Below, in pieces: positions 38,439 to 47,717 of a stretch of 64,000 nucleotides of DNA (within the stretch, counting starts at the first letter, position 1; the number at the start of each line of letters is the position of its first letter). The position numbers and the translations under genes were made by a program. The DNA is from an uncultured Oscillospiraceae bacterium. Its GTDB lineage: Bacteria > Bacillota > Clostridia > Oscillospirales > Ruminococcaceae. The notes under the pieces are model-generated. The model did not search any database, was not told the origin of the DNA, and saw only the letters and a list, made by a program, of their open reading frames with translations. Location of the stretch: positions 1,308 through 65,307 of the forward strand of contig CASFSP010000038.1 in the NCBI GenBank assembly GCA_949297385.1, written 5' to 3'.

Positions 38439-39119
38439 ATGAAAACAGCAATTATCGGCGCAATGGAAGAAGAAGTTAAAAGCCTTGTGGCAAATATGCA
38501 GGATGTGGTGGAAACCCACCGCGCAGGAACAGTGGTATACAGCGGCAAGCTGTGCGGACAGGATGTGTGTGTAGTCAAATGCGGTGTGGGCAAGGTTGCC
38601 GCCGCGGCCATGACACAGCTGCTTATCAGCGAATTCGGCATTGACTGCGCCATAAACACCGGCCTGGCCGGCGGGCTGAAAAAAGGCATAAAAGTGGGGG
38701 ATGTGGTCATCAGCACCCAGACCGAATATTACGATGTAACACCTTCCGTACTGCGGGGCAATTTCCCCAACGGCGGCGTATATCCGGCAGACGAAACACT
38801 GATTGAAAAAGCCGTACGGGCCGCAAAGGAAATGGGCATCGAGGACAAACTGCATGTGGGCGCGGTTACCACCGGCGACCAGTTTATTACCGAAAGCGCA
38901 CAGAAACAGTGGCTGCTGGGCATCACCAGCGCACGGTGCAACGACATGGAAGGCGCGGCAATAGCCCAGACCTGTTACAACAACGGCAAATCATTCCTTA
39001 TTGTAAGAATTATTTCCGACCTGGCAGACGACAGTGCAAAAGATACATACTATGACTTCAAACACCAGGCACCCAAACTGTGCAATGATGTTATCATGAA
39101 CATGCTGGCCATGATGTAA
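38439..39119 (+). CDS. mtnN: 5'-methylthioadenosine/S-adenosylhomocysteine nucleosidase
   Basis: MKTAIIGAMEEEV and DMEGAAIAQ motifs. Confidence 0.92.
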   Translation: MKTAIIGAMEEEVKSLVANMQDVVETHRAGTVVYSGKLCGQDVCVVKCGVGKVAAAAMTQLLISEFGIDCAINTGLAGGLKKGIKVGDVVISTQTEYYDVTPSVLRGNFPNGGVYPADETLIEKAVRAAKEMGIEDKLHVGAVTTGDQFITESAQKQWLLGITSARCNDMEGAAIAQTCYNNGKSFLIVRIISDLADDSAKDTYYDFKHQAPKLCNDVIMNMLAMM

Positions 39120-39197
39120 TGGCAGGTGTGTATCCTTGATTTTTTCAAAAAATTCATATATACTTTTATTATATAAACTCTCTTTGGAGGTACAGAA

Positions 39198-39524
39198 ATG
39201 CCACAGGTTATTTTAAAAGGTGTCACACCTGAAAGATGCGAAAAACTGTCTGCTCCCATAGCCGACCGGCTGGCAGAGCTGATAAATGTGCCGGTTGAAC
39301 ACATTGTAGTGGAACACAACGACTGTCTGTTTTTCCGCGGAGGCATGAAAGACGACGGGCTGTGCATGGTTATGGTACAGTGGAAAACCAGGCCCCGTGA
39401 AATGCAGAAGGCTGTGGCCGAAAAGCTGAGCGAAATTATCATGGGTGAAGGTACAGACACGGTGGAGGTGCTGTATACCAACCTGAATATGAACGATTTT
39501 TACGAGTTTAAACAAGGCGAATAA
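39198..39524 (+). CDS. DUF1904-like small protein (tautomerase-fold flavour)
   Basis: MPQVILKGV... N-terminal Pro, 108 aa. The family name is from memory. Confidence 0.5.
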   Translation: MPQVILKGVTPERCEKLSAPIADRLAELINVPVEHIVVEHNDCLFFRGGMKDDGLCMVMVQWKTRPREMQKAVAEKLSEIIMGEGTDTVEVLYTNLNMNDFYEFKQGE

Positions 39525-39528
39525 ATTT

Positions 39529-39562
39529 AAAACAGACCGGAGAATATCCGGTCTGTTTTTTA
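39529..39562 (+). terminator. Rho-independent terminator
   Basis: Stem ACAGACCGG/CCGGTCTGT followed by TTTTTT. Confidence 0.85.
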
Positions 39563-39794
39563 TTGATTTATTTTGCCGCAGACCTGCCTGTAAAAAAGTG
39601 CAGGTCAGGCAGAACGGACTGCGAAAAAATGAAGTAAGCATCTGTATGCAAAGCATAAATATTGCAGTATACTTTCAAGGCCGTCGCCCCAAACGCCGCC
39701 GCATTGCGCGGCGCAAATACGGCTGTACCGCCATCAGAAAATACAAATTATTATCTTTAAAATAACTTTCTCTGTCCCCGGGAAGAAGCAAAAA

Positions 39795-39830
39795 CAAAAA
39801 TCCCCCGGGCGGCTGTCCGGGGGATAATTT
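39795..39830 (-). terminator. Rho-independent terminator of the DUF362 gene
   Basis: Stem TCCCCCGG/CCGGGGGA. A T-run follows on the minus strand. Confidence 0.8.
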
Positions 39831-39837
39831 TTACCTG

Positions 39838-40968
39838 TTATTTTACTGTTATAAGTTCGTACTCTCTGGTGCCTATACCCAGTTTTTCAGCGTGTTCGAG
39901 ACATACTTTCCAGTCGGTATTGGGGCTTACCATGTGGAAATGGTCATGGTCGCAGGTGCAGTCTTCGCCGTGAGCTTTTATTCTTTCATCCAGCAAAGAG
40001 CCCATCATTGCATTCTGGCGGTTGCAGGCATCGGCGCAGGCCTGGTCCAGGGCAACCGGGTCAAAGGATGCAAACATACCTACATCGGGTATGATGGCCA
40101 CATCGTTTTCTGCATGGCAGTCGCAGTAAGGAGAAACATCTATAACCAGGCTGATGTGGAAATGCGGCCTGTCCTTTACCACGGCCCAGGCGTATTCAGC
40201 CATCTTTTTGTTCAGCAAAGCTTCGGCAGAGCTGTTGTTGGGGTGAATTGCATCAAAGTTGCAGGCGCCTATGCAGCGGCCGCAGCCTACGCATTTGTCC
40301 TGGTCAATTGAAGCATGGCGGTTTTCATCAAAAGAAATTGCACCGTGGGCGCAGTTTTTGGCGCACATACCGCAGCTGCGGCATTTGTCCTTGTTCACAT
40401 TGGGTTTGCCGCTGTAATGCTGTTCCATTTTGCCGGCGCGGCTGCCGCAGCCCATACCGATGTTTTTCAAAGCACCGCCGAAACCTGTCTGTTCGTGACC
40501 TTTGAAATGGTTAAGGGTGATAAACACATCGGCATCCATGATGGCTGTGCCTATTTTGGCCTCTTTTACATATTCGCCGTCGATGGGTACAATTGTTTCA
40601 TCTGTACCTTTCAGGCCGTCAGCGATTATAACCTGGCAGCCGGTGGAAAAGGGGCTGAAGCCGTTTTCGTATGCTGCATCCAGATGTTCCAGCGCATTTT
40701 TTCTTCTGCCCACATACAAGGTGTTGCAGTCGGTCAAAAAGGGTTTGCCGCCCAGTTCTTTGACCACATCAACCACAGTTTTGGCCCAGTTGGGGCGCAG
40801 ATAGGCCAGGTTGCCCGGTTCGCCGAAATGAATTTTGATCGCGGCAAACTTGTCCTGAAAATCGATGTCGCCTATACCGGCCCTCTTTATCAGTTTTGCC
40901 AGCTTTTCCTGCAAACTGGTGCCCGGCAAAGCGCGCATATCAGAAAAATATACCTTGCTTTTTTCCAT
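39838..40968 (-). CDS. DUF362 domain protein with 2x[4Fe-4S] ferredoxin insert
   Basis: ATG 40968 preceded by GGAGGA (the track TTG 40980 lies inside the RBS). Cluster motifs CRSCGMCAKNC and CVGCGRCIGAC. Confidence 0.8.
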   Translation of the reverse strand: MEKSKVYFSDMRALPGTSLQEKLAKLIKRAGIGDIDFQDKFAAIKIHFGEPGNLAYLRPNWAKTVVDVVKELGGKPFLTDCNTLYVGRRKNALEHLDAAYENGFSPFSTGCQVIIADGLKGTDETIVPIDGEYVKEAKIGTAIMDADVFITLNHFKGHEQTGFGGALKNIGMGCGSRAGKMEQHYSGKPNVNKDKCRSCGMCAKNCAHGAISFDENRHASIDQDKCVGCGRCIGACNFDAIHPNNSSAEALLNKKMAEYAWAVVKDRPHFHISLVIDVSPYCDCHAENDVAIIPDVGMFASFDPVALDQACADACNRQNAMMGSLLDERIKAHGEDCTCDHDHFHMVSPNTDWKVCLEHAEKLGIGTREYELITVK

Positions 40969-41051
40969 TTTTTCCTCCAAAATTTGTAAACAGATTGTGT
41001 TTTAATTATATAACTTCAACCGTACTTTAAGTCAAGGGTTATTTTTGCAAA

Positions 41052-41074
41052 ATAAAAAGGGGCAAAGCCCCCTT
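41052..41074 (-). terminator. Short rho-independent terminator of the PepSY gene
   Basis: Stem GGGG/CCCC with a T-run on the minus strand. The stem is weak. Confidence 0.45.
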
Positions 41075-41902
41075 TTAATCGTTGGTGTCCCTGTCAAAAC
41101 TGAGTATTTCGCCTGTAACCGCATCGATGTCGTATTCATATTCTTCGACGCCAAATCTGAATTCTATTTCATAATAGGTGCGGCCGTCGTCCATTTCCAG
41201 CTTGGCTTTTTCAAAATACACTCCGTCAGCAGGTGCGCCGCTGTGGCTGAGCGCTATCTGCTTTGCCTTGTCTACTCCTATAAGGTTGTCGGAAGCAGAG
41301 TTGGAGCTGTACTCCGGCCGTTTTTCCTTTTCAGCTTCCAGCACCCGGCCGTCCATGGCTATTTTGTAATCGTATTCATAACCGCCGGCGTAAAAATCCA
41401 CTTCGTAGAACATCCTGCCGTCGTCTGTTTCCAGCTTTCCTTTGGTAAACTGCGCGTCGGCGCTGTTTACTCCTGCTGCCTGCAAGGCAATTTCCTTTGC
41501 TTTTTCCAAAGTTATTCCGTCTGTCCGTGTGCTTTGCTGTGAAGACTGTCCCTCTGAGGACTGCCGCTGTGAAACCACGGCGTTTACCTTTCGGCCGTCA
41601 ATTTCCTTTTTTATAACCTTTCCGTCAGTGCTGGCTATTGTAAAATCGTATTCCAGACCGTCGGCATAAAATTCCACTTCATAAACCCAATATCCGTCAT
41701 CCCTGTCCAGCTTCACCCTTGTGTAGGAAGCGTTTTCGGCTGTAACACCTGCTTCGCTGAGGGCTATTTCCAGTGCTTTGTCCTGTCCTATGGACTTTTT
41801 TTCGGCCTGGCTGGTGGCGTAAGCGCCGATGCCTATTCCCAAAGCCGCAACGGCCAATACTATGGCTGTCATAAGTGCTATTATCTTCTTTGTCGCTGTC
41901 AT
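41075..41902 (-). CDS. Membrane-anchored protein with three or four PepSY repeats
   Basis: Start trimmed to ATG 41902 (RBS AAAGGAGG). Repeated ..A..IAL..AG......K.ELE.DDGR..YEVEF... units. Confidence 0.8.
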   Translation of the reverse strand: MTATKKIIALMTAIVLAVAALGIGIGAYATSQAEKKSIGQDKALEIALSEAGVTAENASYTRVKLDRDDGYWVYEVEFYADGLEYDFTIASTDGKVIKKEIDGRKVNAVVSQRQSSEGQSSQQSTRTDGITLEKAKEIALQAAGVNSADAQFTKGKLETDDGRMFYEVDFYAGGYEYDYKIAMDGRVLEAEKEKRPEYSSNSASDNLIGVDKAKQIALSHSGAPADGVYFEKAKLEMDDGRTYYEIEFRFGVEEYEYDIDAVTGEILSFDRDTND

Positions 41903-41962
41903 AAAATCAGCCTCCTTTTGTGTTATGGCTTTATTATAGACCGTCAACATTAAAAGAACATT

Positions 41963-42003
41963 AAAAAAAGACCTTTTTTCAAATTTTTAAAAAGGTCTTT
42001 TGG
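41963..42003 (-). terminator. Rho-independent terminator of the two-component operon
   Basis: Stem AAAGACCTTTT/AAAAGGTCTTT. Confidence 0.7.
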
Positions 42004-42006
42004 TAT

Positions 42007-43395
42007 TTATTGATTTTCTGCCGCCGGAAGGGTCAGGGTAAAGGTACAGCCTTTGCCCGGCCGGCTGGACAGGGAAATGCTGCCGCCGCACAGGCGGGCA
42101 ATCTGCCTGACCACCGCCAGACCCAGACCCAGGCTGCCACCGGTATCCTGGGTGCGGGAAGAGTCGGCGCGGTAAAAGCGGCCGAACACCTTGTCCTGCT
42201 GCCGCCGCGGTATGCCGGGGCCGTCATCGGCCACCTGTATATACACTTTTCCGCCGCCTTTGCCTGCTGTCAGCCATATATTGCCGCCCTGTGCGCCGTA
42301 CTTGCAGGCATTGTCCAGAAGATTTACAACTGCCTGGATAAGCAGGCCTTCGTCACCCACAGCCAGCAGGCCCGGCTGTATATCCCGGTGAAGGCGCATG
42401 CCGCGGCAGTCTTTCAGCCGCTGTTCTTCCGCCAGCGCCCGGCACATCAGACTTATATCTATCATTTCTTTACTCGGCAGGCTGTCCAGGCGCGTCAGGC
42501 GTGAGTAGGACAGCATCCTTTCCAGTATGTTTTTCATTCTCAGCGCCTGCCTGCGTATAACCTCCGTGGTCTTGGGGTCGGGGTTGTCCGCCGCCAGTTC
42601 GCTCCGGGCCAGTATCACGGAAACAGGGGTGCGCAGTTCGTGGGATATATCAGAGGTAAACTGTTTTTCCTCTTCAAAAGAGGTTTCCAGCCTGGCCAGC
42701 ATTTTGTTGAAGCTGTCCGCCAGCCGGTGGACTTCGTCGTTGCCGCCGCCTATATCAATGCGCCGGGACAAATCCTCTCCGCCGCTGATGGCCGCGGCGC
42801 TTTGGCTGATTTTCTGTATCGGTCGCAGCATTACTGCCGCCAGGATATAGCCGCCGCCCACAGCCAGCAATGCCAGCGCAGGCAAAATAAGCAGAGCTTC
42901 GGAAAACAAACCGTCCAGAAGAAAACGGTTGGCGTCCTTTTCGACAACACCCTGTATAATAAGCCCGTCCAGGCCTTCGCCGCTTAAGGGGTGAGAGTAA
43001 ACATAATAATCCCTGTCAGACCTGGAGAATGTGTGCACCGTTCCGTCAGCTGAAATGGGGAAGGCCCCCACATGGGTACCGTACAGCAGGTTGCCGGCGC
43101 TGTCAAACAAGGCGCAGTAGACCCCGTTTTCCCGGTCCAGGAAATTGTCGCGGATAATAAGGTATCCGTCGCCGTAAATAATATATTGATAGCCGTACAG
43201 AATATCCCGTCTGTCTGCCGTGTAGGTCAGCTCTTCGCTGTTTTTCTGTACCAGTTCCTGCAATGTCCGCTGGCCCCGGGCCCGCAGTACAGAGGACCCG
43301 GCAGACATAAACAGCGCCAGCGCCGCCGCCAGTATGGCCAGTATAAGCAGGGAAAACCACCGGGTTATCTTTGCCTTTATGGAAAGAGATTTCAT
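42007..43395 (-). CDS. Sensor histidine kinase (HAMP-HisKA-HATPase)
   Basis: H-box SHELRTP and a G-box ..GGSLGLGLAVV. Two TM segments flank an extracytoplasmic domain. Confidence 0.9.
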   Translation of the reverse strand: MKSLSIKAKITRWFSLLILAILAAALALFMSAGSSVLRARGQRTLQELVQKNSEELTYTADRRDILYGYQYIIYGDGYLIIRDNFLDRENGVYCALFDSAGNLLYGTHVGAFPISADGTVHTFSRSDRDYYVYSHPLSGEGLDGLIIQGVVEKDANRFLLDGLFSEALLILPALALLAVGGGYILAAVMLRPIQKISQSAAAISGGEDLSRRIDIGGGNDEVHRLADSFNKMLARLETSFEEEKQFTSDISHELRTPVSVILARSELAADNPDPKTTEVIRRQALRMKNILERMLSYSRLTRLDSLPSKEMIDISLMCRALAEEQRLKDCRGMRLHRDIQPGLLAVGDEGLLIQAVVNLLDNACKYGAQGGNIWLTAGKGGGKVYIQVADDGPGIPRRQQDKVFGRFYRADSSRTQDTGGSLGLGLAVVRQIARLCGGSISLSSRPGKGCTFTLTLPAAENQ

Positions 43396-44075
43396 CAGCC
43401 TTTATCATCCTCCCTTATGACATATCCGGCGCCGCGGACTGTGTGTATCAGCTTTGTGTCAAAACCTTCGTCAACCTTTTTCCTCAGATACCTTATATAC
43501 ACATCCACCACATTGGTGCCGCCTTCGTAATCATAGTTATACAGGTTGTTTTCTATCTGCCGGCGGCTGAGCACACGCCCCCGGTTGCGCATCATATATT
43601 CCAGCAAGGCAAACTCCCTGGCCGAAAGGGACAGCCTCTTTCCTGCGCGCCGTGCAGTTTTGCTGCGGCTGTCCAGCACCAGGTCAGCAACGGTATAAGC
43701 ATCTGCCGAAGAGGCGGCCGCCGTCCTGGTCATCACCCTTATCCTGGCGCCCAGCTCCCGGAATGAAAAGGGTTTCACCAGATAGTCATTGGCGCCGATA
43801 TCCAGGCCCCTGACCCTGTCTTCTATGCTGTCACGGGCTGTGAGGAACAGCACCGGAGATTTTCCGCCCTCTGCACGGTATCTTTTCACCGCTTCAAAAC
43901 CGTCCATTGCAGGCATCATAACATCCATTATCACCCGGTCATAGTCAGCGCTTTGCATGTAATCCAGCGCGTCCCGCCCGTCAAAACAGCTGTCCACCGC
44001 ATAGCCTTCTTTTTTCAGTTTGTCGCTTATCAGCCGGTTGAGGTCTTTTTCATCCTCCGCAACAAGTATACGCAT
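43395..44075 (-). CDS. OmpR-family response regulator
   Basis: MRILVAEDE..., a receiver Asp in IMDVMMP, and a winged-helix C-terminus ...IHTVRGAGY. Its stop overlaps the kinase start (TGATG). Confidence 0.92.
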   Translation of the reverse strand: MRILVAEDEKDLNRLISDKLKKEGYAVDSCFDGRDALDYMQSADYDRVIMDVMMPAMDGFEAVKRYRAEGGKSPVLFLTARDSIEDRVRGLDIGANDYLVKPFSFRELGARIRVMTRTAAASSADAYTVADLVLDSRSKTARRAGKRLSLSAREFALLEYMMRNRGRVLSRRQIENNLYNYDYEGGTNVVDVYIRYLRKKVDEGFDTKLIHTVRGAGYVIREDDKG

Positions 44076-44175
44076 AGATACCTCCAAAACAGATATATAT
44101 TTTGACTATATCACAAAAAATTTTTCTGTGCAACGAAAAAAGCCTGCCCCCAAAAGGGAACAGGCAGAGTATAAA

Positions 44176-44206
44176 AAAAACAAACCCGCCGCCGGCGGGT
44201 TAAAAA
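44176..44206 (-). terminator. Rho-independent terminator after the tRNA pair
   Basis: Stem AACCCGCC/GGCGGGTT followed by an 8-T run on the minus strand. Confidence 0.85.
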
Positions 44207-44207
44207 A

Positions 44208-44292
44208 TGGTGGGAGCGGATGGATTCGAACCATCGAAGTCACTGACAACAGATTTACAGTCTGCCCCCTTTGGCCACTCGGGAACACTCCC
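44208..44292 (-). tRNA. tRNA-Tyr (anticodon GTA), class II long variable arm, CCA encoded
   Basis: Minus strand GGGAGTGTTCCCGAGTGGCCAAAGGGGGCAGACTGTAAATCTGTTGTCAGTGACTTCGATGGTTCGAATCCATCCGCTCCCACCA. The acceptor stem pairs. Confidence 0.9.
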
Positions 44293-44298
44293 ACACAT

Positions 44299-44374
44299 TG
44301 GAGCTGGTGGACGGATTCGAACCCCCGACCTGCTGATTACAAATCAGCTGCTCTACCGGCTGAGCTACACCAGC
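44299..44374 (-). tRNA. tRNA-Thr (anticodon TGT), CCA encoded
   Basis: Minus strand GCTGGTGTAGCTCAGCCGGTAGAGCAGCTGATTTGTAATCAGCAGGTCGGGGGTTCGAATCCGTCCACCAGCTCCA. The cloverleaf folds, with one G-G mismatch in the T stem. Confidence 0.85.
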
Positions 44375-44522
44375 AATCAAATTGCTTAATAAATATACCA
44401 TAATAATTCGTACTTGTCAACAGTTTTTTAAAAATTTTTTCGGATATAACTTTAATATCAATTTAATTGTTTTTTGCCCGCCGGAATGTTATACTTTTTA
44501 CAAATAACATAAGGATATTAAA

Positions 44523-46652
44523 ATGAAAAAAATTATTTTGGATCTGTATGAAAACCATATAAAACTGAAAATATTTCTGTGCGCCGTTGTAGCAGTGCTG
44601 TATATGGCGCTGACTGTATACAGCGGAGGAAATCTTTTGCAGGCGGCGGCCGTATGGGCTGTTTGCCTAGGTCTGGTGTACCTGCCCGGTGTGCTGCGGC
44701 GGAAAGTTATAAAGGCTGACAGGTTATTTGACGGCATGGGCTTTATGACAAATATTCTGCTGGGCAGCGGATTTTTCTGCGCGGCATACTGCGTGTGCAT
44801 GCGACTGCACAGCAGGGGGCTGTTTGCCGCCGTGTGCGCCGCGGCGGCTGTTTGCGGAGCAGTGGTGATGTTAAAGCAGAAAAAGGATATAAAAATATCC
44901 GCACCCGGTTCCTTGCAATGGCTTCTGATTCTGCTGTATTTCGCCCTGTTGCTTTTGTTTACATTCAATATAGTAATAAAAAGCGCCCTGCCGGCAAATG
45001 TGGGCAACACCCTTTTAAGCAGTGACATGCTGTGGAATGTGGGCAACGCCCAGTCCTTTACTCTCAGGTTTATCCCGGAGGACATACGCTATTCCGGCGT
45101 ACAGCTGCACTACCATTATCTGACCGAGCTTTTTGCAGGGCGGATAAGCTGGCTGACGGGAATATCTGCTTACGGTATTGTGGCCTTCTATCTGCAACCA
45201 ATGGTGCTGGTGTGCGTGGTGGGCAGTCTGTTTTCCTTTGGCAGAATATTTTTTGCCGATGAAAAGAAGGCTGTTCTGTTTACCTTTTCCATGTTTATAT
45301 TCGGTTGTTTTTCGCTGTACGGCTGTTTCCTCAGCGGCCGCAGTGTATTTTTAAACGACCTGGCCTACCACATGATAACCAACATAAACTCCCAGGCCAC
45401 AGCCACCATATATCTATGCGCCTTTTCCGCAATGTTTGTACAGCTGCTGGACAATGGATTTAAACCTTCATTTTTCCAGGGCGGCCTGCTGACCGCGGCG
45501 TTTTTCATGCTGTGCTTTGCCAAAGGACCAGTGGCGGCCATAGTGGCCGTGGGCGCCGTAATAACGCTGATATGGCTGTTTGTGCAGAGAAAAACCGGAT
45601 ATCGTGCACTGGTGTGGGCGGCGGTTATCGGCGGTGTATTTTTTGTGGTGTACAAACTGTTTTTCTCCTCCGGGGCCAACACCAGCATGGCCTTTAATAC
45701 ATGGGGAACTTTGTCCAAGACGGTGTTTTCATCTTTCCTGGACGGCCTGTGGCGCAGCGGAAATCTTCCGTTGTGGTACGCCGCCCAGATAATATGCATG
45801 TTTTTGCACAGTTTCCTTATGGCGCCGGCGGCGGCATTTCTGTACGGGGCAGGACTGGTTAAAGATGTAAAAAATCTGTTCAAACTGTCCGGGCGCAGGC
45901 TGTGGACAAACAGCATGGTGGCAGGCGGATTTGCCGCTTTCTATCTGTTTGACCATTATGCCCTCAGTCAGGTGTATTTTGCTTTTCTGGCGCTGTTTTT
46001 CATGAACCTGCTGGCGGTGGACGCACTGGAGCTGATAAAAGGCAAGCGAGCCGGAAAACGGCTGGCGGTATTCGCCGGGGCGGCAGTTATCACCACCGCA
46101 TTTATGTACACAAACTACATCGGCAGCGGAGCCAGGTTCCTGGCGCGCAACCTGGGTATTATTGAGAAATACCCGTACAACGCAGTTGTCACCGCCGACG
46201 ACCAGCTGGCGATGGAATTTCTGCACGAAAACAGCCGGGAAAATGCGCTGTTTGCCACCAATCGAATACACGCAGACCCATACAAAAAAGACGGAATATC
46301 CAACATATATTCCGCCCTCAGCGGCAGACAAGGGTATATGGAAGGTTACGCCTATGCGCTGACCAACATGGGTGTGCCTTATTATGTAATAGACCAGCGA
46401 CTGGCAGTAAACCGGGCGTTGTTCAGTGCCGACACACCGGCAGATGAAGTGATAAGACTGCGGCAGACCGCCGGTATAACCCATCTGATATTCTCGCGGC
46501 AGTTTGACGGAAGCGAGGCTGTCATAAGCGAAGTATTTGAAAAAATTTATGACAGCGACAGTGTAAGGATATATTCCACCGGCGTCCGGCCGCTGGAAAA
46601 CCACCCGCTGTATCAGGAGCGGCTGGCAGAATACTCGGACAAACAAGACTGA
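44523..46652 (+). CDS. 709-aa polytopic membrane protein with a C-terminal soluble domain, GT-C-like (function unknown)
   Basis: About 14 hydrophobic helices, then a roughly 200-aa soluble tail (..ITHLIFSRQF..). No confident family assignment. Confidence 0.4.
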   Translation: MKKIILDLYENHIKLKIFLCAVVAVLYMALTVYSGGNLLQAAAVWAVCLGLVYLPGVLRRKVIKADRLFDGMGFMTNILLGSGFFCAAYCVCMRLHSRGLFAAVCAAAAVCGAVVMLKQKKDIKISAPGSLQWLLILLYFALLLLFTFNIVIKSALPANVGNTLLSSDMLWNVGNAQSFTLRFIPEDIRYSGVQLHYHYLTELFAGRISWLTGISAYGIVAFYLQPMVLVCVVGSLFSFGRIFFADEKKAVLFTFSMFIFGCFSLYGCFLSGRSVFLNDLAYHMITNINSQATATIYLCAFSAMFVQLLDNGFKPSFFQGGLLTAAFFMLCFAKGPVAAIVAVGAVITLIWLFVQRKTGYRALVWAAVIGGVFFVVYKLFFSSGANTSMAFNTWGTLSKTVFSSFLDGLWRSGNLPLWYAAQIICMFLHSFLMAPAAAFLYGAGLVKDVKNLFKLSGRRLWTNSMVAGGFAAFYLFDHYALSQVYFAFLALFFMNLLAVDALELIKGKRAGKRLAVFAGAAVITTAFMYTNYIGSGARFLARNLGIIEKYPYNAVVTADDQLAMEFLHENSRENALFATNRIHADPYKKDGISNIYSALSGRQGYMEGYAYALTNMGVPYYVIDQRLAVNRALFSADTPADEVIRLRQTAGITHLIFSRQFDGSEAVISEVFEKIYDSDSVRIYSTGVRPLENHPLYQERLAEYSDKQD

Positions 46653-46690
46653 AAAAGGCCCTTAAAGGGCCTTTTAATTTTTTCTTAATT
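46652..46690 (+). terminator. Rho-independent terminator
   Basis: Stem AGGCCC/GGGCCT followed by TTTTAATTTTTT. Confidence 0.65.
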
Positions 46691-46763
46691 ATTCTTAATT
46701 TTCTTCTCAGTTTTTTCTTAATTTTCCCTTTTGTATAATAAAGCTATCGCAAGGGGGAGAAAG

Positions 46764-47513
46764 ATGAAAAAGCTTTTTATTGCAATATCCGTACTTATTT
46801 TTTGTATCGGAGCCATGAAACTTTCTTTATACAAAACATATCCCGGTGCATATAATGAAATAGAAAATTTTGCCCGGGAAAGGGGAATTTCAATGCGCGA
46901 GTATCCGCAGGAAATAGTGGAAATGCTGTCCAAAAACAGCGAAACGGAACGGTTTGTAAAAAACTGGCCCACTTATAAATGGACATACGAAGACATACAA
47001 AACCTGGGTATAACGGATTTTTCCGCACCGCCGCTACTGATGCAGTGGGATATACGCTGGGGATACCGAATGTACAGCGGCCAGGCGGCGGCGCTGAGCG
47101 GCTGCGGTCCGCTGTGCCTTGCCATGGCGGCCATATACACCCTGGAAGACGACAGCCTGACACCGGTAAAAATGATGGAGTTTGCCGAAACATACGGCTA
47201 TGACACCGACGGCAGCGGCAGTATGCACAGCCTGATATACGAAGGCGGGCCGCTGCTGGGGCTGGATGTGGAAAGCATAGAGATACTGGAATATGCGTTT
47301 ACATCACGGCTGGAAAAAGGCAACTGCATTATACGGCTGATGGGGCCGGGGGATTTTACATCAAAGGGGCACTTTATACTGCTGGCCGGACTGGACGACG
47401 GGCTTATAAAAGTAAACGACCCCAACAGCATAAAAAACAGTGAAAAGCTGTGGGATTTTGAGGATATTCAAAGCCAGATACGCAGCGCCTGGCAGGTGAA
47501 AAAATACGCTTAA
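46764..47513 (+). CDS. Secreted/anchored C39-like (papain-fold) cysteine peptidase domain protein
   Basis: ATG 46764 (RBS GGGGGAGA). An N-terminal TM or signal sequence. Candidate catalytic Cys in SGCGPLCLAMA and His in KGHFILLAG. Confidence 0.55.
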   Translation: MKKLFIAISVLIFCIGAMKLSLYKTYPGAYNEIENFARERGISMREYPQEIVEMLSKNSETERFVKNWPTYKWTYEDIQNLGITDFSAPPLLMQWDIRWGYRMYSGQAAALSGCGPLCLAMAAIYTLEDDSLTPVKMMEFAETYGYDTDGSGSMHSLIYEGGPLLGLDVESIEILEYAFTSRLEKGNCIIRLMGPGDFTSKGHFILLAGLDDGLIKVNDPNSIKNSEKLWDFEDIQSQIRSAWQVKKYA

Positions 47514-47603
47514 CACGACATTATATAGCCGTCAGGCCTATGTTGCACGATGTAACTGCCGGACGCAATCTTCTGCATATATTTTAGTTGGCAAAAATCA
47601 GAC

Positions 47604-47632
47604 AAAAAAGACGGGCAAAGCCCGTCTTTTTA
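47604..47632. terminator. Bidirectional rho-independent terminator
   Basis: Stem AGACGGG/CCCGTCT, flanked by A6 and T5 runs. Confidence 0.8.
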
Positions 47633-47717
47633 ATTTTATCAGTATATTTCCGCAGTATTTACAAACAGTAATCGGCAAAACCTGGCTTTGCCTGTTGGGG
47701 TGTGTATTTTCCCGTTG

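Noticed and set aside
44176-44522. tRNA-Tyr/Thr, and tRNA-Arg at 59309-59385, as integration sites of a genomic island or prophage.
   Set aside because: There is no integrase, recombinase or transposase anywhere in the window. I found no direct repeat of the tRNA 3' ends downstream (checked by eye around 63158-63300 and 44400-44520). The AT-richer 59.4-63.2 kb block is reported as a finding but not called a mobile element.
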